Assembly: GCA_009773205.1 (NCBI GenBank)
Contig: WPAE01000002.1
Span: 3,241 to 67,240, forward strand
Direction of reading: 5' to 3'
Source of the DNA: Ignavibacteria bacterium
GTDB lineage: Bacteria > Bacteroidota > Ignavibacteria > Ignavibacteriales > Melioribacteraceae
Length of the DNA: 64,000 bases
Position 1 is the first letter of the stretch; the number at the start of each line of letters is the position of its first letter. The notes under the pieces are model-generated. The model was not told where the DNA came from, ran no database searches, and saw only the letters and a program-made list of their open reading frames with translations. Position numbers and translations under genes: made by a program. Of the stretch, positions 10,572 through 18,863 are shown one piece after another.

Positions 10572-11451
10572 AGTTGGTGTAACAGTTATTGTAGGAATTC
10601 TGATTTTGCTTTGGGTTTTTGGCTGGGCAAAGAATTTAACTATTGGCGCCGAAAAAAAAGAACTTTCTGTTATATTTAGTTCTGTCGCCGGTTTAGAAAT
10701 TGGAGATCCTGTTACTATAAACGGAGTTCGGAAAGGTTACGTTAAGGACATTGCAATCGAAAATGATGTTGTTGTTACCAAGCTGAATTTAGATAAAGAA
10801 GTTTCACTAAGAAAAGATTCTAAGTTTTCTGTAATGATGCTCGATCTTATGGGCGGCAAAAAAATTGAAGTTCATCCCGGAACTGCTCCTGAAGATATTG
10901 ATTATTCTAAAATGCAGAATGGCGAGTTTGTTGGAGATATTGCTTCTGCTATGGCTATGCTTAGCTCTGTGCAATATGATTTAGTTGATGTTATTAAAGA
11001 AGTCAAAATTTCTCTCGCTTCTGTTAACAAAACTTTAACAGATCAACAATTTAACAACGATTTGAAGAGCAGTGTAACAAATCTTGTTCAGCTAACAGAA
11101 AACTTGAATTCTTTGATACAAGCAAACAGCGGCGAAATTAACAAACTTCTTAAAACTGGAAACGAGTTAGCAGTTAATGTAAATAGTTTTATTGTATCTA
11201 ATAAAGATACAATTACAAATACGCTTTCAGCAGTTCAAGATGTTCTTAAAGAATCCAAATTGATGCTTTCTAAAGCGAATACACTAATTGATCAAACTAA
11301 CAATAGTGAAAATAATCTCGGTAAAATTTTATACGATCCGAAACTACTTACTGATATAAAAGAATCTATCAGCCATGTCAAAGAATTGACTCGCATTCTT
11401 GTAGAGCAGCTAAAAGGAAAGGGAATTGAAGTTAATGCGCACATTTTCTAA
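10543..11451 (+). CDS. MlaD/MCE family protein
   Basis: EIKVGV TM anchor; GLEIGDPVTINGV..G.V MCE domain; helical C-terminus. Confidence 0.9.
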   Translation: MKDQRKTEIKVGVTVIVGILILLWVFGWAKNLTIGAEKKELSVIFSSVAGLEIGDPVTINGVRKGYVKDIAIENDVVVTKLNLDKEVSLRKDSKFSVMMLDLMGGKKIEVHPGTAPEDIDYSKMQNGEFVGDIASAMAMLSSVQYDLVDVIKEVKISLASVNKTLTDQQFNNDLKSSVTNLVQLTENLNSLIQANSGEINKLLKTGNELAVNVNSFIVSNKDTITNTLSAVQDVLKESKLMLSKANTLIDQTNNSENNLGKILYDPKLLTDIKESISHVKELTRILVEQLKGKGIEVNAHIF

Positions 11452-13123
11452 AATTATTTTTATTCCGATTATATTCACTTCTTTGTGCTTTGCTCAAGAA
11501 GGAAATCCAGTATATGCTAAGAATGGAATGGTAGTTTCTGCAAGCACTTTGGCAAGCCAAGTTGGTGCAGATATTCTTAAAAATGGAGGAAATGCAATTG
11601 ATGCCGCAGTTGCAACCGGATTTGCATTAGCTGTTACTTATCCCGCAGCGGGAAATATTGGCGGTGGCGGCTTTATGGTAATTCATTTAGCCGATGGTAA
11701 AAATACTTCTCTCGACTTCCGCGAAATGGCACCACTAAAAGCACACAAGAATATGTTTTTGGATAGTCTCGGAAATTTTCTGCCAGAGTTAAGTCAGAAA
11801 AGTTGGCTTGCCTCTGGAATTCCTGGGACTGTTGCTGGTTTAATCTATGCTCTTGAGAAATATGGAACTATGAGATTAAAGGATGTAATTCAGCCGGCTA
11901 TTGATTTGGCAATAAATGGTTTTCATTTAGATTACAGATTAGTCAATAGTATTAATTATGAGAATGAAACATTTAAAAGCATCGAGGCTTCAAGAAGGGT
12001 TTTTACAAATGATGGTGATAAGCTACAGATTGGACAATCATTCAAACAAAGTGATTTAGCCAGAACTTTAGAATTGATTCGTGATGGTGGTGCTGAGCTT
12101 TTTTATAAAGGAGAAATTGCTCAAAAAATTGTTAAGGAAAGTAAGAAGTATGGCGGGATTTTCACTTTAGAAGATTTTGAAAACTATCAAGTTATCGAAC
12201 GTGCTCCACTAATTGGCAATTACAAAGGTTACGAAATTGTTTCTATGCCTCCGCCTTCTTCAGGTGGAATATGCTTGCTTCTTGCGCTAAACACTCTTGA
12301 GCATTTTTCATTTTCGAAAGAAGAATGGGGCAGTAGCAGCTATATTCATACACTTGTAGAAATTTTAAAACAAGTATATGCCGATCGTAAAGAACACATG
12401 GGCGATGCTGATTTTTATCCAGTACCAACTAACTACTTAATTTCTAAAGAGTATGCAGAAATAGTTAAGAGTAAAATTAACGATAAAACTAAATCAGCAA
12501 ACGAATTTTTACCAGCAGAAATTCCAAGATATAAGGAGAGCGAAGAGACAACGCACTATTCCGTAGTTGATAAATTTGGTAACGCAGTTAGCACAACTTA
12601 TACGTTAAATGGGTCTTTTGGAAACAAAATTGTAATTGATGGATTAGGATTTTTATTAAACAACGAAATGGATGATTTTAGCGCAAAGCCTAATGCTCCG
12701 AACATGTTTGGCTTGCTTGGCAGTGAAGCTAATTCTATCCAGCCTAAAAAGAGAATGCTTAGCTCTATGACTCCAACTATTGTTCTTAAAGATTCTAAGA
12801 CATTATTAGTAGTTGGTTCGCCTGGCGGCTCAACAATCATTACTTCTGTTCTTCAGGTAATTTTGAATGTTTTAGAGCATAAAATGAATGTTTACGAGGC
12901 AATTAATGCTCCTCGCATTCATCATCAACTTTTTCCGGATCAAATTGATTACGAACCTTTTGGTCTAAGCCAAGATGTAAAGCAAAATTTAATTTCAAAA
13001 GGGCACAAAATAGGAATTGAACGTTTTCTTGGTAGAGTAGAAGCAATCTATATAGATTATGAAATGAATTTTTTATTTGGCACAAGTGACCCGCGTGGTT
13101 ACGGAAAAGCTATAGGTTACTAA
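11435..13123 (+). CDS. ggt: Gamma-glutamyltransferase
   Basis: GGNAIDAAVA, AGNIGGGGF, ETTHYS autocatalytic Thr, NNEMDDFS, LSSMTP, GSPGG. Confidence 0.95.
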   Translation: MRTFSKIIFIPIIFTSLCFAQEGNPVYAKNGMVVSASTLASQVGADILKNGGNAIDAAVATGFALAVTYPAAGNIGGGGFMVIHLADGKNTSLDFREMAPLKAHKNMFLDSLGNFLPELSQKSWLASGIPGTVAGLIYALEKYGTMRLKDVIQPAIDLAINGFHLDYRLVNSINYENETFKSIEASRRVFTNDGDKLQIGQSFKQSDLARTLELIRDGGAELFYKGEIAQKIVKESKKYGGIFTLEDFENYQVIERAPLIGNYKGYEIVSMPPPSSGGICLLLALNTLEHFSFSKEEWGSSSYIHTLVEILKQVYADRKEHMGDADFYPVPTNYLISKEYAEIVKSKINDKTKSANEFLPAEIPRYKESEETTHYSVVDKFGNAVSTTYTLNGSFGNKIVIDGLGFLLNNEMDDFSAKPNAPNMFGLLGSEANSIQPKKRMLSSMTPTIVLKDSKTLLVVGSPGGSTIITSVLQVILNVLEHKMNVYEAINAPRIHHQLFPDQIDYEPFGLSQDVKQNLISKGHKIGIERFLGRVEAIYIDYEMNFLFGTSDPRGYGKAIGY

Positions 13124-13124
13124 A

Positions 13125-13499
13125 ATGATATTAGGAATCGGTATAGATATTATAGAGATTGATAGAATTAAAAGAAGTATTGATCAATACGGCGATAACT
13201 TTCTAAAAAAAATTTATACAAGAACCGAAATTGAATACGCTAAGAGTAAAAGTAACAAGTATCAACATTTTGCGGCAAGATTTGCTGCTAAAGAAGCAAT
13301 TTATAAGGCATTATCATCTGATACTGTGAAAATTTATAGCTGGCATGATGTAGAAATTTACAATGAAGTTAATGGCTTGCCAAAGGTTAATTTCTACGGC
13401 GAATTAAAAGATTATTTGAACGAAGATAAACAACTTAAAATCTCGATGAGCCATTCTGAAAACTACGTTACATGTGTAGCTATTCTTTACAACAAATAG
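13125..13499 (+). CDS. acpS: Holo-[acyl-carrier-protein] synthase
   Basis: GIGIDIIEI, FAARFAAKEAIYKA, ISMSHS. Confidence 0.95.
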   Translation: MILGIGIDIIEIDRIKRSIDQYGDNFLKKIYTRTEIEYAKSKSNKYQHFAARFAAKEAIYKALSSDTVKIYSWHDVEIYNEVNGLPKVNFYGELKDYLNEDKQLKISMSHSENYVTCVAILYNK

Positions 13500-13522
13500 A
13501 AGCATACAATTTTATTACTGAA

Positions 13523-13618
13523 TGGTACCTCTAATAACCACTTATTTTAATATTAACATACTGTAAACGAAGATTTAACAGGGTTACGCAGACTATTATT
13601 GAGTTTTTAGTGGTACCA
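13523..13618. mobile_element. Short non-autonomous TIR element (MITE-like), 96 bp
   Basis: Ends tggtacctctaataac / gtttttagtggtacca (14/16 inverted match) flanked by direct TGAA at 13519-22 and 13619-22. Confidence 0.65.
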
Positions 13619-13683
13619 TGAATGAATAGATTGAGTTAAAAGATTAAAATCACTATTTTCATGCAGGAAAAAGTATAGAGAAA

Positions 13684-13884
13684 ATGGAAACGATTAAAAA
13701 GAAATATGTAATTGACGAAAACAACAATCAGGTAGCAGTTCAGATTGATATAAAAGCATATCAAAAATTGGAAGAATTGTTAGAGAACTATGCTTTGGTT
13801 GAACTAATGAAAGAAGACAATAGCGAAAGACTCGAAGTACGGGAAGCAAAAGAATTTTATAAAAAACTCCCGAAAGAAAAGTGA
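13684..13884 (+). CDS. Small putative type II antitoxin
   Basis: 66 aa, acidic; KKYVIDENN..VAVQIDI beta-rich N-terminus; GTGA overlap with a RelE-like fragment. Confidence 0.6.
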   Translation: METIKKKYVIDENNNQVAVQIDIKAYQKLEELLENYALVELMKEDNSERLEVREAKEFYKKLPKEK

Positions 13885-13961
13885 AAATTGAGTATAGCAA
13901 GAAATTTTTAAGTGAACTATCTCTTGTTCCACTACCAATAATTGATTTGCCTCATTTATAA
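13881..13961 (+). pseudogene. Truncated RelE/ParE-like toxin (26 codons)
   Basis: GTG-start VKIEYSKKFLSELSLVP resembles RelE N-termini, then an early TAA. Confidence 0.55.
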
Positions 13962-13981
13962 TCTCAAATAAACTTATTCCT

Positions 13982-13989
13982 TATATTTG
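13982..13989 (+). promoter_or_regulatory. Possible Bacteroidota-type -7 promoter element for hicBA
   Basis: TATATTTG matches TAnnTTTG about 47 bp upstream of hicB. Confidence 0.35.
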
Positions 13990-14036
13990 TTGTTAGAAAA
14001 GTAATATGTAATAACTTTATCATAAAGGAATAAAGA

Positions 14037-14261
14037 ATGCGTACAATTCAGTTTACAGCTTTAATTGAACGTGAGGGAAACCAATACGTAGCTTTGTGTC
14101 CCGAATTAGATATTGCAAGTCAAGGCGGTACAGTAGAACAAGCACGCAAGAATTTGCACGAAGCTTTAGAACTGTTTTTTGAAACAGCTTCAAAAAAAGA
14201 AATTAAACAACGTCTTCATAACGAAGTTTTTATAACCCGGTTGGAAGTAGCAGTTGGGTAA
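14037..14261 (+). CDS. hicB: HicB-family antitoxin (short)
   Basis: FTALIEREG..YVALCPELDIASQGGTVEQARKNLHEALELF. Confidence 0.9.
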   Translation: MRTIQFTALIEREGNQYVALCPELDIASQGGTVEQARKNLHEALELFFETASKKEIKQRLHNEVFITRLEVAVG

Positions 14262-14475
14262 GTTAAAGTTACTTTCCGCAGAGCAAGTCTGTAAGATTCT
14301 GTCTAATCATGGTTTTGAGAAAGTTCGTCAGAAAGGAAGTCATATAATAATGCAGAAGAAAACTGGTGATTCAACAACCACAGTACCTGTCCCAAACCAT
14401 AAAGAAATTTTAATTGGAACGCTTAAATCAATTATCAGACAATCACAAATACCTGCTGCTGAGTTTAAGAACTAA
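14254..14475 (+). CDS. hicA: HicA-family toxin (mRNA interferase)
   Basis: KILSNHGFEKVRQKGSH, TVPVPNH..IGTLKSIIRQ. Confidence 0.92.
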   Translation: MGKLKLLSAEQVCKILSNHGFEKVRQKGSHIIMQKKTGDSTTTVPVPNHKEILIGTLKSIIRQSQIPAAEFKN

Positions 14476-14513
14476 CCTATAATCTTCGTTGTTAATCAAA
14501 TAAGAAAACAGAA

Positions 14514-15626
14514 ATGGATAACTTGAACGAGAAACGTGTTATAGTTGCTATGAGCGGTGGTGTTGATTCTTCCGTAGCTGCGGCATTACTGCATAAGCAA
14601 GGCTATGAAGTAATTGGTATAACTATGAAAACTTGGGGCTTTATGGAAGTAGGCGGCGCGCCGAAACATGAATCCGGCTGCTGCTCTTTAGATGCAATTT
14701 TTGATGCGAAGAATGTTGCAAATTCTTTTGACATACCACATTACACAGTTGATTTCACAAAAGCTTTTGAGGAAACTGTAATTGATAATTTTGTTGATGA
14801 ATATTTGAATGGCAGAACACCAAATCCTTGTGTTGTTTGCAACAGAAAAATTAAGTGGGAAGAACTTCTTAAGAAAGCCGATTCTCTTGATGCTAAATAT
14901 GTTGCAACTGGGCATTATGCAATTGTGGAGTACAATGAAAAATCAAATCGCTATACTCTGAAATTTTCTCGCGATGCAAAGAAGGATCAAACTTATGCGC
15001 TTTGGGGATTGACACAGGAGTCTTTATCTAGAACACTTTTTCCGCTTGGCGAGCTAACCAAAGAAGAAGTAAGAAACCTAGCAGTAGAATTTAATTTGAA
15101 GACCGCTAAGAAACCTGATAGTATGGAAATCTGCTTTGTTGCTGATGATAATTATGAACGCTTTTTACGTGAAAGAGTACCTGATTTAATTGATAAAGTG
15201 GAAGAGGGAGATTTTGTATATCATGGAAAAATAATTGGCAGGCACAAGGGAATACCATTTTATACAGTTGGGCAAAGGCGCGGTGTTGGAATTGCTTTTG
15301 GAAAGCCAATCTACGTAAAAAAGATTGACGAGTTAAATAATGTAGTGGAGTTAGGTGATAAAGAAGAATTAATGGAAACTATGGTACTTGTGCACGATGT
15401 AAATTATGTCAGTGTAAATCAGTTAAATGAGAATGAATTTGTTCACGCCAAGATTCGATATGCGGATAAAGCGGCAAAGGCAAAAATAATTTCCTTTGAT
15501 GAGAACTATATCAAACTGAGTTTTTTAGAACCGAAAAACGCGATAACTCCAGGACAATCTTTAGTTATTTACAATGAACAAGGTTACGTTTTGGCGGGCG
15601 GGATTATTTCTAAAGGACATCTCTAA
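14514..15626 (+). CDS. mnmA: tRNA 2-thiouridylase
   Basis: VAMSGGVDSSV, GRTPNPCVVCN, ATGHY, KDQTY, DSMEIC, TVGQRRG, ITPGQ. Confidence 0.97.
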   Translation: MDNLNEKRVIVAMSGGVDSSVAAALLHKQGYEVIGITMKTWGFMEVGGAPKHESGCCSLDAIFDAKNVANSFDIPHYTVDFTKAFEETVIDNFVDEYLNGRTPNPCVVCNRKIKWEELLKKADSLDAKYVATGHYAIVEYNEKSNRYTLKFSRDAKKDQTYALWGLTQESLSRTLFPLGELTKEEVRNLAVEFNLKTAKKPDSMEICFVADDNYERFLRERVPDLIDKVEEGDFVYHGKIIGRHKGIPFYTVGQRRGVGIAFGKPIYVKKIDELNNVVELGDKEELMETMVLVHDVNYVSVNQLNENEFVHAKIRYADKAAKAKIISFDENYIKLSFLEPKNAITPGQSLVIYNEQGYVLAGGIISKGHL

Positions 15627-15750
15627 AAACCCAGAGATGATTGTCATTACAAGCTGTTCTTTGGCGAAGTAATCTCGTTTTTCTTTTTATTAATTGGAAG
15701 ATTGCTTTCCCGCAACAAAACTGCGGGACAATCTTTCGCTTCTCGCATTC

Positions 15751-16111
15751 GAGCGTGTTGCACAATTAAAGATTTTATAAAATAGCTCCGTGCTTCAGCA
15801 CAGAGAATATTAGGAAAAATACAATGCGTGGCTTAGCCACATTTCTAAGTTTTATATGCAGCTATCCGAAGGATTTCTATGGAAAAGCCGGAAGATTCCT
15901 TTCCTAATTTTCTCCGGCATAAAGAGGCTGTGTGAAAAAGGCAAAAATATTGGTAGGCGCAACTTTTAAGTTGCGGTTTTATAATAGAAACCCAAGCTGA
16001 CCAGCTTCGCCAAGCGGCTTAGCGCGGCGAGAGCTTGCGGCTACCATAAAGATTTAATATTAACACAGTCTCTAAATGCAAGAGCTATATTAACGGTTGT
16101 GCAACACGCTC
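15751..16111. mobile_element. Middle TIR element (361 bp)
   Basis: Perfect 15-bp inverted repeat gagcgtgttgcacaa / ttgtgcaacacgctc; no clean target duplication. Confidence 0.65.
15924..16072. mobile_element. Inner TIR element (149 bp)
   Basis: gaggctgtgtgaaaa / tattaacacagtctc (12/15); direct TAAA at 15920-23 and 16073-76. Confidence 0.65.
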
Positions 16112-16388
16112 ATCGAAGCGGGCGCTCCCTTGCAATGACAGCAATGATTTTCGAGATGCCCTAAAGACTATTCTTAAGGAGGTATCCAAAATCAAAAATT
16201 AAGTATTACTCTTTCATTGTTGCAATCTAATTACGATATTTGCACAAATTAGTTTGATAGACGCTTAAAGGAGGTCAGTCTTCGAATATAGGAACAGCAC
16301 AAACGGCGCTCTTAATGCAAGAGTTCTACTACTCAACCAGAGTTACGAACCACTTTCCATATGTAATGTTAAGAAAGCTTTTATACTG

Positions 16389-16814
16389 ATGATTTTGGGG
16401 AAGGCAGAATTAATTGCTCCAAATGAGAAAAAATTTTTGCGCACGGTTTCTAATTCTTATCCTTGGCCAAGTGTAATCCGTTTAAGCGATTATATACGAG
16501 TCCCTTACAAAAAAATTATCCTCACACGCAAAAACATTTTGAGGCGCGATAGCCACAAATGTAAGTATTGTGGTAGAGGTGATTTACCACTTACTATTGA
16601 CCACATTATTCCCAAATCTAAAGGTGGAGATGACAGCTGGGAAAATCTTGTTGCAGCTTGTATGCCTTGTAACAACAAGAAAGGAGATAGAACTCCTGAT
16701 GATGCTGACATGAAACTGCGAGCTAAACCATTTGCACCAAATCATATTCACTTCATCACAAATAACAATGGTAGGATTGACGATACTTGGAAACCGTATT
16801 TATTTCAATCTTAG
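16389..16814 (+). CDS. HNH endonuclease (McrA-like, Zn-finger); true N-terminus probably upstream of this ATG
   Basis: RKNILRRD..CKYCG, TIDHIIPKSKGG, WENLVAACMPCNNKKG; in-frame VLLLNQSYEPL upstream. Confidence 0.88.
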   Translation: MILGKAELIAPNEKKFLRTVSNSYPWPSVIRLSDYIRVPYKKIILTRKNILRRDSHKCKYCGRGDLPLTIDHIIPKSKGGDDSWENLVAACMPCNNKKGDRTPDDADMKLRAKPFAPNHIHFITNNNGRIDDTWKPYLFQS

Positions 16815-16854
16815 GAACGTACTAATTTTTGACAGGTTGTGTTAATTAGATTTA

Positions 16855-16955
16855 TGAGCCTACTCTAAAAAGCCTCAAATTGAGTTTTTGCACTATGAAT
16901 TTGAGCAATAATCAAAGCATTTTTTCATCCGAAATACCTTTTTATAGTAGGCTCA
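16855..16955. mobile_element. Short TIR element (101 bp)
   Basis: tgagcctactctaaaaag / ctttttatagtaggctca (17/18); direct TTTA at 16851-54 and 16956-59. Confidence 0.7.
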
Positions 16956-16977
16956 TTTATGAAATTGCCAAAAGAAA

Positions 16978-17070
16978 GTAAAAAGCAATTATTTAAAAAT
17001 TTATCAGTGAAAATCATAATATATCCGTTCAATCTGCGTTCCGTTTTATGATTAAATAATTGCTTTTTAC
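16978..17070. repeat. Perfect 18-bp inverted repeat upstream of trpS
   Basis: gtaaaaagcaattattta (16978-95) / taaataattgctttttac (17053-70), inner aatcataa/ttatgatt pair. Confidence 0.75.
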
Positions 17071-17138
17071 CTCATTGAGATTAATTCACACAACGGGTTA
17101 ATTTTTATTATTTTTACAGCCCATTAAATAAATTGGTT

Positions 17139-18143
17139 ATGCCGAAAAAAAGAATACTTAGCGGAATGCGCCCAACCGGTAAATTGCACATTGGTCATTA
17201 CGTTGGCGCTTTGGAAAATTGGATTCTGCTTCAATCAGATTCGCAGAACCCTGGCGGGAATGAATACGAAAGCTTTCATTTAATTGCAGATTACCATGTT
17301 TTAACAACCGGACTTGAAACGGAAGAAATTTACCAGAATTCGATTGATATGGTGATTGATTGGCTTGCTGCCGGACTAGACCCGCAGAAAAGTCCATTTT
17401 TTAGACAATCGCAGATTAAAGAACATACCGAACTTTTTCTAATTTTTTCGATGCTGATAACTACTGCAAGGTTAGAGCGAAATCCAACTCTAAAAGAACA
17501 GGTGCGCGATTTGAATATTGAAAACGTTATCTATGGGCATCTTGGCTATCCGGTTCTTCAATCGGCGGATATTCTCCTTTACAAAGGCGATGCTGTTCCT
17601 GTTGGAGAAGACCAAGTTCCTCATATCGAAATTACAAGAGAGATTGCAAGAAGGTTTAATAATCTATATGGCAATGTTTTTCCGGAACCGGATGCATTGC
17701 TTACAAAATTTGCCCGGCTTCCAGGTTTAGACGGCGATGCAAAGATGAGTAAGTCGCTCGGGAATACGATTTTGCTTTCTGATGATGCAGAAACTGTAAA
17801 ACAGAAACTACGTAAAGCTGTAACAGATCCTCAGAAAGTAAGAAGGAATGATCCGGGAAGACCAGAGGTATGTTTAGTTTTCACTTACCATAGAAAGTTT
17901 AATTCTGAAGAAATTCCAGAGATAGAAGAAAACTGCAAAGCAGGAATTTTAGGATGTGTAGATTGCAAACTAAAATGTGCCGCAAAGATGAATGAATGGC
18001 TTGCGCCAATTATTGATAAGAGAAATCATTACGAAGATAATTTGAATGAAGTAAAAGATATTCTTGCTTATGGCGAATCTAAAGGAAGACTTGTTGCACA
18101 GGCAACCATGAACGAAGTTAGAGAAAAAATGAAGTTAGGATAA
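17139..18143 (+). CDS. trpS: Tryptophan--tRNA ligase
   Basis: SGMRPTGKLHIGHY (HIGH), VPVGEDQ.PH, KMSKS. Confidence 0.97.
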   Translation: MPKKRILSGMRPTGKLHIGHYVGALENWILLQSDSQNPGGNEYESFHLIADYHVLTTGLETEEIYQNSIDMVIDWLAAGLDPQKSPFFRQSQIKEHTELFLIFSMLITTARLERNPTLKEQVRDLNIENVIYGHLGYPVLQSADILLYKGDAVPVGEDQVPHIEITREIARRFNNLYGNVFPEPDALLTKFARLPGLDGDAKMSKSLGNTILLSDDAETVKQKLRKAVTDPQKVRRNDPGRPEVCLVFTYHRKFNSEEIPEIEENCKAGILGCVDCKLKCAAKMNEWLAPIIDKRNHYEDNLNEVKDILAYGESKGRLVAQATMNEVREKMKLG

Positions 18144-18863
18144 ATGTATAAAATTCATTTAAATACTTTTGAAGGCCCGCTGGATCTTCTTCTTTTCTTT
18201 ATCAAACGTGATGAGTTGGATATTTACGATATTCCAATTTCCCGTATAACTAAAGAATTTATTGAATATCTTCATCTGTTAGAGAAGCTTGATTTGGAAG
18301 CAGCAGGCGAATTTATTTTGATGGCTTCAACTTTGATGCAGATAAAAGTAAGAATGCTTCTGCCGCGCGAAGTAGATGCAAAAGGTGAAGAGATTGATCC
18401 TCGTGCAGACCTTGTAAAGGCTTTACTCGAGTACAAAAGATATAAAGAAATGTCTGATGAACTTTCCTATATGGAATCTAACCAGCGAAATTATATGTAC
18501 CGCGGCAATTACGATTCCGACCCAAAAGAAACTCCGCCAGATTACGAAGTTCTGCTGAAAAATATTTCGGTTTATGATCTGATTAAAGCATTCAAAAAAG
18601 TTTTGTTAGATAAACCTGCCGAGCCTGTGCATCAAATAAAGAAGTGGAATGTTACAATTGATGAACAGATGGAATATGTTAATGCTAAGCTGCTCGAAAA
18701 ACCGGAAATGAGTTTTCTTGAGCTGCTAATTGACTTAAATGACAGAATCAAAATTGTTGTTACGTTTATAGCAATGTTAGAAATGGTTAAAGCCGGCACT
18801 ATTGGTTTGCGAGAATCCGGCGTTCTAAATGATTTTACAATTTACGCGGTTAATAATGGATAA
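18144..18863 (+). CDS. scpA: Segregation/condensation protein A
   Basis: FEGPLDLLLFFI, EFILMASTL..IKVRMLLP, VTFIAMLEM. Confidence 0.95.
   Translation: MYKIHLNTFEGPLDLLLFFIKRDELDIYDIPISRITKEFIEYLHLLEKLDLEAAGEFILMASTLMQIKVRMLLPREVDAKGEEIDPRADLVKALLEYKRYKEMSDELSYMESNQRNYMYRGNYDSDPKETPPDYEVLLKNISVYDLIKAFKKVLLDKPAEPVHQIKKWNVTIDEQMEYVNAKLLEKPEMSFLELLIDLNDRIKIVVTFIAMLEMVKAGTIGLRESGVLNDFTIYAVNNG

Larger units (their letters stand above)
15642..16140. repeat. REP-like palindromic element interrupted by insertion
   Basis: tgtcattac (15642) pairs with gcaatgaca (16132); internal cgaagtaatctc..gaagattgcttt hairpin; resembles the TGTCATTGCG..GAAGCAATCTC..GAGATTGCTTC..CGCAATGACA repeat type. Confidence 0.5.
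15615..16161. mobile_element. Outer TIR-bounded non-coding element (547 bp) containing nested elements
   Basis: ggacatctctaaaaac / gattttcgagatgccc (13/16 inverted match); direct TAAA at 15611-14 and 16162-65. Confidence 0.65.

Noticed and set aside
13694-13900. Minus-strand 68-aa ORF as a type I toxin
   Set aside because: It is the antisense shadow of the putative antitoxin; no RBS or family motif is evident.
16389-16814. HNH gene as a homing endonuclease or dedicated defence system
   Set aside because: No intron, intein, methylase or defence partner genes nearby; the family is a widespread stand-alone type.
15627-17130. CRISPR array or riboswitch in the long intergenic regions
   Set aside because: No regularly spaced direct repeats and no T-box, SAM, TPP or cobalamin consensus; the structure is explained by inverted repeats.
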